NCBI GenBank assembly: GCA_039586365.1
Contig: JBDHKN010000074.1
Span: 1-22,945 of the forward strand
Direction: 5' to 3'
DNA: 22,945 nt
Source: Gemmatimonadota bacterium
GTDB lineage: Bacteria; Gemmatimonadota; Gemmatimonadetes; Gemmatimonadales; GWC2-71-9
The notes beneath the pieces were generated by a model. The model was not told the DNA's origin. It was given only the letters and a program-made list of their open reading frames with translations, and ran no database searches. Position 1 is the first letter of the stretch. Each line of letters opens with the position of its first letter. The translations under genes were made by a program, and so were the position numbers. Positions 8,173-16,078 of this stretch are shown here, piece after piece.

Positions 8173-8451
8173 CCGATAGCCCCTCACGCGCCCGTACACC
8201 AAGCCTCAGCGCCCAGCGGCGGTTCCAGCCCAGGCCTCGCTACGGTCAACTCGCGCCACGCTCGCGGCAACGGGCGACCAGAACCGGTTTGCATCGTTCC
8301 GGCGACCGGCGGATATTACACGCTTGTACTGCCACGGATTCTCGTGCTGACACTCCCGGGACGGTTCGGGCAAAATCGGACCAGAGATGACTCGAGCGTG
8401 TCCCGTGGCACGTCCCTTCCTCGGGCATCGGAACACATCGGAGTTAAGAAC

Positions 8452-11400
8452 ATGAAGCAGCTCTTCGCAGTAGCACTATTTGCAGTTCTAGTTGTCAGTG
8501 CTAGCGGCACCGCGAGTCTGGACGCACAATCCGCAGCTGGCGATCAAAACGAAGTGTACGCCGCGGCGCTGCTGCAAGGCCTGCAGTTCCGCATGGTGGG
8601 CCCGACCCGTGGTGGGCGGGCGACGGCCGTAGCGGGCCATGCCGGTCATCCTGCGACATTCTACATGGGCGCTACAGGCGGCGGCGTGTGGAAGACGACG
8701 GACTTCGGACGCGCCTGGCACAACATCTCCGACGGCTTCTTCCAGACGGGCTCCATAGGCGCCATCACGATAGCCCCGTCGGACGTAAACATCATTTACG
8801 TCGGGACCGGCTCGGATGGACTGCGGAGCAACGTCATCGGCGGCCGGGGCGTGTACAAGTCGACCGACGCGGGTGAGAGCTGGACTTTCGTGGGGCTGCG
8901 GGAGGTGGGCCAGATCGGGGCGGTGCTGATCCACCCGAGGGACCCGAACCTCGTGTACGTGGCCGCAGTCGGCGACGCGTTCGGGCCAGGACCCGATCGC
9001 GGAGTGTATCGCTCTTGGGATGGCGGTGCCAGCTGGGAGAAAGTCCTATTCGTATCCGACAGCACCGGTGCAGTGGACCTAGAATTCGCGCCCGACAATC
9101 CCCAAGAGATCTACGCCTCCATGTGGCGGGCGGAACGCAAGCCTTGGACGATCATCAGTGGCGGCTACGAGGGTGGCGTGTACAAGTCCAGCGACGGCGG
9201 CGACACCTGGACCCAACTCACCGACGACCTACCTTCGGGGCTCCGCGGCAAGAGCGATCTGGCGGTGTCTGCCGCAGACCCCAATCGGTTATACGTGCTG
9301 ATGGAGGCTCCCGAGGGCGACGGAGGATTGTATCGCTCCAACGATCGCGGCCAGACGTTCGAGCTGGTGTCGACCTACGAACAATTGCTGAGGCGGCCGT
9401 TCTACTACTGCAACGTGGATGCTGATCCCGCCAATGCTGATGTCGTCTACGTCAACTCGGAGGGATTCTACAAATCGGTCGACGGAGGCAAGAACTGGGA
9501 AAGCGTGTCTACGCCTCACGGCGACAACCACGACATGTGGATCAATCCCGACTACCCGGACATCATCGTTCAGTCCAACGACGGGGGTGCCAACGTCACG
9601 CTGGACGGTGGCAAGAGTTGGTCCACGCAATACAACCAACCCACGGCAGAGCTGTACAGTGTGGATGTGGACGACCAGTTCCCCTACTGGCTCTACTCCG
9701 GCCAGCAAGACAATACGACGATTGCGGTACCCAGCCTGCCACCCTACTCGGCACCGGGCGGGCTCACGTCGTACTGGCTGGACATCGGTGGGTGCGAGAC
9801 CGGACCCGCCGTTCCCAAACCGGGCGATCCCGCCATCGTGTACGCCAACTGTAAGGGTCGCTTCGGCCGCTACAGCAAATCGACGGGTCAGGAGAAACAG
9901 TACTACGTGGGCGCGGCGAATCTCTACGGCCACAACCCGCGCGATCTGAAATACCGCTTCCAGCGGGTTTCTCCCATCGAGGTTTCACCGCACGACCCCA
10001 ACGTGGTCTATCACGGATCGCAGTACCTCCACAGAACCAGCGACGACGGAGTCACCTGGGAGACCATCTCTCCCGACCTCACGGCGTTTGAGCCGGATAA
10101 GCAGGTGCGACCGGGCGAACCGATCACTCAGGACATCACCGGGGAAGAGTACTACAGCGTCATCTACGCGATCGAGGAGTCTCCCCTGGAAAGCGGCCTG
10201 ATATGGGTCGGCGCCAACGACGGTCCGATACATGTGACGCAGGACGGCGGACGCAACTGGCGCGACGTCACGCCAGAGGGTCTTCCTCCCGGCGGCCGCG
10301 TCCAGACGATCGACCCGTCACCCCACAACCCGGCCAAGGCGTATGTGGCGGTGTATCGTTACCTGTTGGGCGACTGGCAACCGTACATTTATCGTACGGA
10401 TGACTACGGGAGCTCGTGGACGCGGTTGACCACCGGAACGAACGGCATCCCCAACGACTACCCCACTCGCGCCATCAGAGAGGATCCCGACCGCGAGGGT
10501 CTGCTGTACGCCGGTACAGAATTCGGCCTGTTCATCTCGTTCGATGATGGAGCGCACTGGCAGCCGTTCCAGTTGAACCTGCCGGTAACACCGGTTACGG
10601 ACATCAAGGTGTATCGCAAGGATTTGGTGCTCTCCACTATGGGGCGCTCGTTCTGGGTCATGGATGACATCACCCCCCTGCACCAGCTGAGTGATGCGGT
10701 TGCGGCAGCCAGCAGTCACCTGTTCCAGCCGCGCGACGCGTACCGGATGCGTTACTCATCGCGTGGTGAGGACTGGGAGCCCGAGTATGTCCGGGCCGGC
10801 GCGACCATCTACTACTACCTGGCGGATCGGGCGGCTGGTGACGTGCGTCTGGAGATCATGGACGCAGCTGGCGCAGTCGTGCGCGAATTCTCCAGCAGGG
10901 CAGAGGGTCCGGCTGCTAGACGGGGAGGACAGGGCAGCCCCCGATTCGGGGCAGCGCCAGCCAGGCTTGAGGGTGGCGCCGGAATGCACCGGTTCATTTG
11001 GGATTTGAGTCATGCCGGTCCCATAGACGCCGAAACAGGTCGCGCTGGTGGTGGCGGACCTTTGGTCACACCGGGAACGTATCAGGCTCGCCTAACCACA
11101 CCCGACGGTGTCAGCCACACGGAGCAGTTCGCCGTGTTGATGGATCCCAGGGTTACAGCAGACGGAGTAACCGACGCGGATGTGGCGGCGCAAGTCGCTC
11201 TCGGCCTCAAGGCGCGGGACGCGCTAGGTGAGGCACGTGCTGCGGCCCGGCGCCTCACTGAGGCTCGTACTGCATTGCAGGACAGGACAGACACGGGGTC
11301 CCGGCGCGCAGCTGACAGGCTAGCGGAAATCGAGCCGCGGCTGATAACCGGCAGGGTACGCTACTCGCAGCCAATGGTACTGGATCAGCTGCAGTACCTG

Positions 11401-11541
11401 TACTCTATGCTCACTCGCGCCGATCAGAAGCCCGGCCAAGATGCATACGAGAGGTATGAGGAGTTGCAGTCCGCGCTGGACAGTATCGTCCGTGACTTGG
11501 ATCAAGCGCTGGAGAACATCGCGACGACGAGTGGCAAGTAG
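8452..11541 (+). CDS. BNR/Asp-box (VPS10/sortilin-like) beta-propeller exported protein with C-terminal FlgD-like Ig and helical tail; usually annotated 'glycosyl hydrolase'
   Basis: Start at ATG 8452 (GGAG at 8440-8443), signal peptide MKQLFAVALFAVLVVSASGTASLDA-Q; more than ten Asp-boxes (KSTDAGESW, RSWDGGASW, KSSDGGDTW, SFDDGAHW and others); PHGDNHDMWINP; VRLEIMDAAGAVVREF...GMHRFIWDL...PGTYQARL Ig-like tail. Confidence 0.93.
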   Translation: MKQLFAVALFAVLVVSASGTASLDAQSAAGDQNEVYAAALLQGLQFRMVGPTRGGRATAVAGHAGHPATFYMGATGGGVWKTTDFGRAWHNISDGFFQTGSIGAITIAPSDVNIIYVGTGSDGLRSNVIGGRGVYKSTDAGESWTFVGLREVGQIGAVLIHPRDPNLVYVAAVGDAFGPGPDRGVYRSWDGGASWEKVLFVSDSTGAVDLEFAPDNPQEIYASMWRAERKPWTIISGGYEGGVYKSSDGGDTWTQLTDDLPSGLRGKSDLAVSAADPNRLYVLMEAPEGDGGLYRSNDRGQTFELVSTYEQLLRRPFYYCNVDADPANADVVYVNSEGFYKSVDGGKNWESVSTPHGDNHDMWINPDYPDIIVQSNDGGANVTLDGGKSWSTQYNQPTAELYSVDVDDQFPYWLYSGQQDNTTIAVPSLPPYSAPGGLTSYWLDIGGCETGPAVPKPGDPAIVYANCKGRFGRYSKSTGQEKQYYVGAANLYGHNPRDLKYRFQRVSPIEVSPHDPNVVYHGSQYLHRTSDDGVTWETISPDLTAFEPDKQVRPGEPITQDITGEEYYSVIYAIEESPLESGLIWVGANDGPIHVTQDGGRNWRDVTPEGLPPGGRVQTIDPSPHNPAKAYVAVYRYLLGDWQPYIYRTDDYGSSWTRLTTGTNGIPNDYPTRAIREDPDREGLLYAGTEFGLFISFDDGAHWQPFQLNLPVTPVTDIKVYRKDLVLSTMGRSFWVMDDITPLHQLSDAVAAASSHLFQPRDAYRMRYSSRGEDWEPEYVRAGATIYYYLADRAAGDVRLEIMDAAGAVVREFSSRAEGPAARRGGQGSPRFGAAPARLEGGAGMHRFIWDLSHAGPIDAETGRAGGGGPLVTPGTYQARLTTPDGVSHTEQFAVLMDPRVTADGVTDADVAAQVALGLKARDALGEARAAARRLTEARTALQDRTDTGSRRAADRLAEIEPRLITGRVRYSQPMVLDQLQYLYSMLTRADQKPGQDAYERYEELQSALDSIVRDLDQALENIATTSGK

Positions 11542-11590
11542 CGCCCAGTTCCGACACGGGCGGGGGTGGCAACAGCTTTCCAGGGTAAGC

Positions 11591-11621
11591 GAGGGCGGTC
11601 AGGCGGTAGCCTGCCGCCCTC
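11591..11621. terminator. GC-rich hairpin between the propeller gene and the S9 peptidase gene (terminator or mRNA-stabilising element)
   Basis: GAGGGCGG-t-CAGGC-ggta-GCCTG-CCGCCCTC; no U-tract. Confidence 0.45.
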
Positions 11622-11663
11622 CCGTCATTCACGAGAAAAGAGCTCCGGACATTGGAGGCGAGT

Positions 11664-13931
11664 ATGAGTGCGAGCTGCGGGCGAGTCCGTTCATATCGGT
11701 TGTTCACTGTGACCCTGGGTATCAGCGTCGCTGTCGCAGCGAGCACTGTCGCCCAGGTAGACAGCCAGAGGGTGTTCACCAGCGAGGACGCGCTCAACGT
11801 GGCCAGCGTCAGGGTGCAGGACATCACCCGAGACGGGCGTTATGTGGTGGCAACGCGCTCCACGCAGCGCGATAGCAAGAACGTCGACCACGGTCGCTAT
11901 GGAGACCCCACCTACATTGCGCCTTCGTATGCGGACGTCCTGATCATCGACAGTGAGAGTGGGCAGCAAACCGCGCTGTTCGATGAGAAGGTGCAAGCTC
12001 GCTCGTTTGCCTGGTCACCCGATGGTTCAACGGTGGCCTTTCTGCTGCGCAAGGGAGACGAGTTCGTGCTGCAGACGTTCGATCGCGAGCGCAACAGACT
12101 GCGCGAGATCCAACTCAAGTCCGACAAGTCCATTGCGGCCAATTCACCGCTCGAGTGGAGACCAGACGGCAGTGGCGTGCTGCTCGCCCTGAGGGACGTC
12201 GGTTGGGCCGAGAAATCCCGCCAGATGTATCTCGCACTGGCAGACGGTCCCGTGATCGTGCAGGACTCGCGCAAGCCGTTTCTGGCGTGGGAGGAAGTCC
12301 GCAACCAGAACTCCCTGGTTATCCCGGCGATAGTGGACATCCGATCCCGCGAGGTTCGGGAGTTGCGGCCGGAGTCGCGCGTCACAGACGTAAACCAGGC
12401 CGAGGACGGAACCTTCATCACCTACACCGAGGTCACTCCGCTCAAGACCTCTTACGAGCGCAACAAGGGCGCCGAGTACGAGGTGTTCATGCTCGGGTTG
12501 GTAGACATGACGCCGCATTCCCTGAGCGAGAAGAGTGAAGACCGCATCCGACCCGAGTGGAACGACAAGGGCGACGCCTTTGCCTACGCTCAAGAGGGCA
12601 ATGTCTTTGTCCGGTCGGTCTTGGCCGACTCGGCGCAGAACCTCACCGAGCAACACCGCACCGCGGTGAGCGAGACGGACACCACCAAGCTCCGCTTCAC
12701 CCTGGAGCGGTGGAAACCTGACGATTCGGCCCTGCTGGTGAGTTCACAGCGGGGCTATCACGTACTGGACATCGCAACGGGCTCCCTGGACCTGGTCTAC
12801 GAGAAGCCTGAGGACGAAGACACGGCACCGCGGATTGACCTCGTGAGCTGGAGTCCCGACGGCCAGCATCTGTACTTGACCTATTCGGCGAGGGACAAGT
12901 GGGAGCGCGGTTTGGTGCGGCTCGACTTAGAGAGCCGGCAGGCGACGGATCTCAGGAAGGACCAGAACCTCTACAGTCGGTGGACGTTCTCCGAGGACGG
13001 CGAGAAGATCTTCTGCAACTTGTCAGACGGAGATAGACCCGACGACCTGTACGTCGCGGACAAGAACCTGACGCACCTCCAGCGGCTCACCGATCTCAAC
13101 CCTTGGCTCGCCGACAGGGATCTGACGCGCAGCGAGTTGATCGAGTACCTGGACGTGGATGGCAACACCCTGTACGGCATCCTCTACTATCCCAGCGGCT
13201 ACGAGCCTGGGAAGAAGTACCCGTTGGTTGCCGAGGTCTACGAGACGTTCTTCGACAACGGATTCAACCACCGCATGAATCTGCTGGCGAGTGCGGGGTT
13301 CTTTGGGTTCCGACCGTCGGCAAATCTAGAGATCGGGTTCCCAGGTGAGGGGTGGCTGAAAGGCGTCACGGCAGGAATCAACAAGCTCATAGACCGTGGT
13401 CTGGTGGACGGTGACAAGTTGGGGGTGCACGGCACGAGTTATGGCGGCTACGCCACCAACCTGCTCATAACCCAAACCGATCGGTTCGCGGCGGCGATCA
13501 ACATATCGGGCAAGGTCAACATCATCAGTTTCCTGGGTGACAGCCCCAAAATCACTACGCGCAACTACAACGCCGCCGAGGAAGGCCAGGACCGGATAGG
13601 TGCGACGCTGTGGGAACAGCCGCAGAAGTACCTGGAACACACCGCGGTGCTCTACGCTGACCGCATCGAGACTCCCCTGCTGATGTTGACCGGTGAGGGA
13701 GACTGGAACGTTCCGGCAACCAATCAGCGCGAGATGTACTACGCGCTCCGACGGCTGGACAAAGAGGTAGTCTGGGTACACTACATGAACGCCGGTCACG
13801 GAGCGGGTCGCTCCAGTACGGTTGAGGATTTTCACGACCACTGGCGCCGGATAATCCACTGGTATCAGTCACACTTCGACGCGGTGGACGAGACGCAGGC
13901 GGAGGTGACGGAGTCTAGTGGCGGGCGCTGA
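11664..13931 (+). CDS. S9 family (prolyl oligopeptidase / dipeptidyl aminopeptidase / acylaminoacyl peptidase-like) exported serine peptidase
   Basis: Nucleophile elbow GVHGTSYGGY, Asp in TGEGDWNV, His in NAGHG; N-terminal propeller repeats (WSPDG, WRPDG, FSEDG); KKYPLVAEVY; start ATG 11664 with GGAGG at 11654-11658 and a signal-like N-terminus. Confidence 0.94.
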   Translation: MSASCGRVRSYRLFTVTLGISVAVAASTVAQVDSQRVFTSEDALNVASVRVQDITRDGRYVVATRSTQRDSKNVDHGRYGDPTYIAPSYADVLIIDSESGQQTALFDEKVQARSFAWSPDGSTVAFLLRKGDEFVLQTFDRERNRLREIQLKSDKSIAANSPLEWRPDGSGVLLALRDVGWAEKSRQMYLALADGPVIVQDSRKPFLAWEEVRNQNSLVIPAIVDIRSREVRELRPESRVTDVNQAEDGTFITYTEVTPLKTSYERNKGAEYEVFMLGLVDMTPHSLSEKSEDRIRPEWNDKGDAFAYAQEGNVFVRSVLADSAQNLTEQHRTAVSETDTTKLRFTLERWKPDDSALLVSSQRGYHVLDIATGSLDLVYEKPEDEDTAPRIDLVSWSPDGQHLYLTYSARDKWERGLVRLDLESRQATDLRKDQNLYSRWTFSEDGEKIFCNLSDGDRPDDLYVADKNLTHLQRLTDLNPWLADRDLTRSELIEYLDVDGNTLYGILYYPSGYEPGKKYPLVAEVYETFFDNGFNHRMNLLASAGFFGFRPSANLEIGFPGEGWLKGVTAGINKLIDRGLVDGDKLGVHGTSYGGYATNLLITQTDRFAAAINISGKVNIISFLGDSPKITTRNYNAAEEGQDRIGATLWEQPQKYLEHTAVLYADRIETPLLMLTGEGDWNVPATNQREMYYALRRLDKEVVWVHYMNAGHGAGRSSTVEDFHDHWRRIIHWYQSHFDAVDETQAEVTESSGGR

Positions 13932-13936
13932 CAGCA

Positions 13937-13971
13937 CCGGTAACCCGGCCCAAGTTCTCGGGCGGGTCCGG
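13937..13971 (+). terminator. Imperfect GC-rich hairpin directly after the S9 peptidase stop
   Basis: CCGG/CCGG, ACCC/GGGT and GCCC/GGGC nested pairing around the loop aagttctc; no U-tract. Confidence 0.35.
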
Positions 13972-13985
13972 AACAGGCCGTCACC

Positions 13986-14006
13986 CTATGTATATTATAT
14001 GCATAG
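13986..14006. promoter_or_regulatory. AT-rich 21-bp palindrome, probable operator overlapping a -10-like element
   Basis: CTATG-T-ATAT-T-ATAT-G-CATAG; contains TATATT and TATTAT; ends 68 nt upstream of ATG 14075; strongly AT-rich relative to its surroundings. Confidence 0.55.
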
Positions 14007-14074
14007 AGGCGCTTGTCTCTGTCACAGGGACGGCGTCGCGGAACCGTGTGGACCCATGCTTAAGGGTTGTGCCA

Positions 14075-14488
14075 ATGAGACCTAGCTACGTTATGCGGAC
14101 CGGCGCCGCTGCCGCGGCCCTTGTGTTTACCACTGCCTGCGCAGCTACCACGGGAGCTGGTGGTGATGGGAGCGGAGCGTCTTCGAATCTGCTCACCAGA
14201 GCCGAACTCGCGAGTGTGTCCGCCAATAACGCCTTCGAGGCGATCGAGCGCCTCCGGCCCCAATGGCTGCGACCTCGGGGACCGTCCTCGGTTACCCAGC
14301 CCGAAGGCGACTGGCCCCTGGTATACATGGACAACGTGCGGGCAGGCGACGTGAATATGCTGGCTACCATCCCCGTCGACGACATCGGCGAGATGCGGTT
14401 CATAACTGGCTCTGACGCCACGACACGTTGGGGTACCGGGGTTACAGGAGGCGTGATCGAGATCATCTCCTTGCGCCGCATGAAGTGA
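14075..14488 (+). CDS. Small lipoprotein consisting of a stand-alone TonB-dependent receptor plug-like domain
   Basis: Start ATG 14075 (AAGGG upstream; ATG 14093 alternative); hydrophobic AAAAALVFTTA-C lipobox-like; LLTRAEL...NAFEAIERLRP...PLVYMDNVR...LATIPVDDIGEMRFITGSDATTRWGTGVTGGVIEIIS parallels the plug of the neighbouring SusC-like protein. Confidence 0.85.
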   Translation: MRPSYVMRTGAAAAALVFTTACAATTGAGGDGSGASSNLLTRAELASVSANNAFEAIERLRPQWLRPRGPSSVTQPEGDWPLVYMDNVRAGDVNMLATIPVDDIGEMRFITGSDATTRWGTGVTGGVIEIISLRRMK

Positions 14489-14504
14489 GTTGACCGAAAG
14501 TAGC

Positions 14505-14534
14505 AGTGGCTGCGACCACTCGGCCGCAGCCACT
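14505..14534. terminator. Hairpin between convergent genes (possible bidirectional terminator)
   Basis: AGTGGCTGCG-N10-CGCAGCCACT, 10-bp perfect stem between stops at 14488 and 14575. Confidence 0.55.
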
Positions 14535-14574
14535 TGGAGTACCACGGTGTGGCCTCCTACCATCTACTGCACTG

Positions 14575-16029
14575 CTAGTTCACCCTGCCGAAGCTCACCC
14601 AGTGCTGCGCCAGCACCCGGTTCATATCCCACGCGCAGGTAATCTGGGTCTCGACGAGATTCCCACCTGCATCGTAGGGCGACCAGGGTGAGAACCAATC
14701 CATCTCCTTGGTCGGCGGGATGAATGAGGGGACCAACACGAGCGTTCCAGGATCGCCCTCATCGATGTTGGGATTGGTTTCGATCTCGTCCTGCTCGAAT
14801 GGCAGCTTGATACCGAGATCGACCATCCTGCGTCCCTCGATCAACATCATCTCCTGGCGCGCCAGGAACAGCGCGTGCAGCAGCGATTCCGTCTCGCTGA
14901 CCGCTATGGCCCTGATGCTGTCGGCGTCGAGCGACGTAAAGGCGACTACCGGAGTGTTGACCACTCCGGGGCGGGTCAGCACCAGACCCTGCCGATACGG
15001 GCTGCTTGCGTCAGCTCGCACCTCGATCGAGGCGTCGTGCGGCCGCTCAGTCAGGTCGTCGTTAAGCCTCGGGTCGTCGTCGTCGAACGCCTCAAAAGGT
15101 CTCGACCTGGCGACCTCAATGGCGAGGGCAAGCTGCTCCCTACCTGCGGCCCAGTTGCCACCGTCAAACTCAGCCTCGGCCAAGATCAGATGCATCTCCT
15201 CGGCCTTGGAAACGTAGATGGGGGCCGAGCGATCGGTGTACTTGGGATCCAGGAAGTCCAGCCGCGGCAGCGGCTGCATCTCCTTGATCGTGCGCTCGTA
15301 CAGGAACAGAAACGGTCCATTGGTGATCGTGGTAGGATCGTAGTCCTGCGCCTGCGAATACGCGGGATCGGCCGCGAGCACCGCAGTGGCCTCAGTCGAT
15401 GCCGAGGCAGCATCGCCTGCCGAGCGATACGCCCGAGCCAGGGCTGCGGTGGCAGCGAGGCCGATGTCAGTTCCCGCCCCCATCGATTTCGCACTCTGCA
15501 GCTGCGTGATGGCAAGCTGGGTCACACCAGCGCTCGCCGTCGGGACGGCACTCGTGTCCAGCGGCACTGCCACAAACCGCTCTCCCAACAGGAGCAGGGC
15601 CATGCCGTAGTAGTACGTCACCTCCTGTTCTTGCTCAGTGGTGGCTGTGGCGTCGCCCGGCAGGATGTCATTCAGCACGAAGGTTGCCAGTGCCCGTAGC
15701 TCCTGGAGGTTGCCGTAGGCCCTGGCGCCCACCAAATCGGGTCTGATTTCGCGCGGCTCATCCCAGATGTTGTTGATCCCGGTCCCGCGGATCTGGTAGT
15801 TGTCCGTGATGACTTCTACATCGACCGGGTTTAAGGCCGTGGCGAACTGGGCCCTAAGGCCCGGCAACAGGGCTCTCGTGGGTTCCTCAGCAGCGGCGAG
15901 GTCCTCGGTTGTTGTTGCCGGGTTGTCCACCTCGGTCGGGTCCAGGAAGTCACATCCGGCGAGGCTTAGCGCCGCAACCACGGCGACCGCCCAGCCCGCA
16001 TGCAACCAGTATTCTCTTGATCTATTCAT
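14575..16029 (-). CDS. SusD/RagB-like outer-membrane substrate-binding lipoprotein
   Basis: Directly downstream of the SusC-like gene; lipobox LSLAG-C-DFLD; ALARAY, EEMHLILAEAE and ARQEMMLIEGRRMVDL correspond to SusD TPR and ERxxELxxEGxRxxDL motifs. Start ATG 16029 with GAGGAAG upstream (16065 alternative). Confidence 0.85.
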   Translation of the reverse strand: MNRSREYWLHAGWAVAVVAALSLAGCDFLDPTEVDNPATTTEDLAAAEEPTRALLPGLRAQFATALNPVDVEVITDNYQIRGTGINNIWDEPREIRPDLVGARAYGNLQELRALATFVLNDILPGDATATTEQEQEVTYYYGMALLLLGERFVAVPLDTSAVPTASAGVTQLAITQLQSAKSMGAGTDIGLAATAALARAYRSAGDAASASTEATAVLAADPAYSQAQDYDPTTITNGPFLFLYERTIKEMQPLPRLDFLDPKYTDRSAPIYVSKAEEMHLILAEAEFDGGNWAAGREQLALAIEVARSRPFEAFDDDDPRLNDDLTERPHDASIEVRADASSPYRQGLVLTRPGVVNTPVVAFTSLDADSIRAIAVSETESLLHALFLARQEMMLIEGRRMVDLGIKLPFEQDEIETNPNIDEGDPGTLVLVPSFIPPTKEMDWFSPWSPYDAGGNLVETQITCAWDMNRVLAQHWVSFGRVN

Positions 16030-16078
16030 GGCACTTCCTCTGGTCTCAATTAAGCGTTTATGCATTGGGCGGTTACCT

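Noticed and set aside
8406..8421. Sigma-54-like TGGCACG-N4-TTCCT upstream of the propeller gene (also TGGCAC near 8068 and AGGCAC on the minus strand near 19238)
   Set aside because: The first has CC instead of the conserved -12 GC; the other two have GG-N9-GC rather than the required GG-N10-GC spacing.
8161..8451. 97-aa N-terminal extension of the propeller ORF (likewise extensions at 2961-3044, 13988-14074, 19423-19512)
   Set aside because: Downstream ATGs have RBS-like sequences and expose clean signal peptides; the extensions look like translated intergenic DNA.
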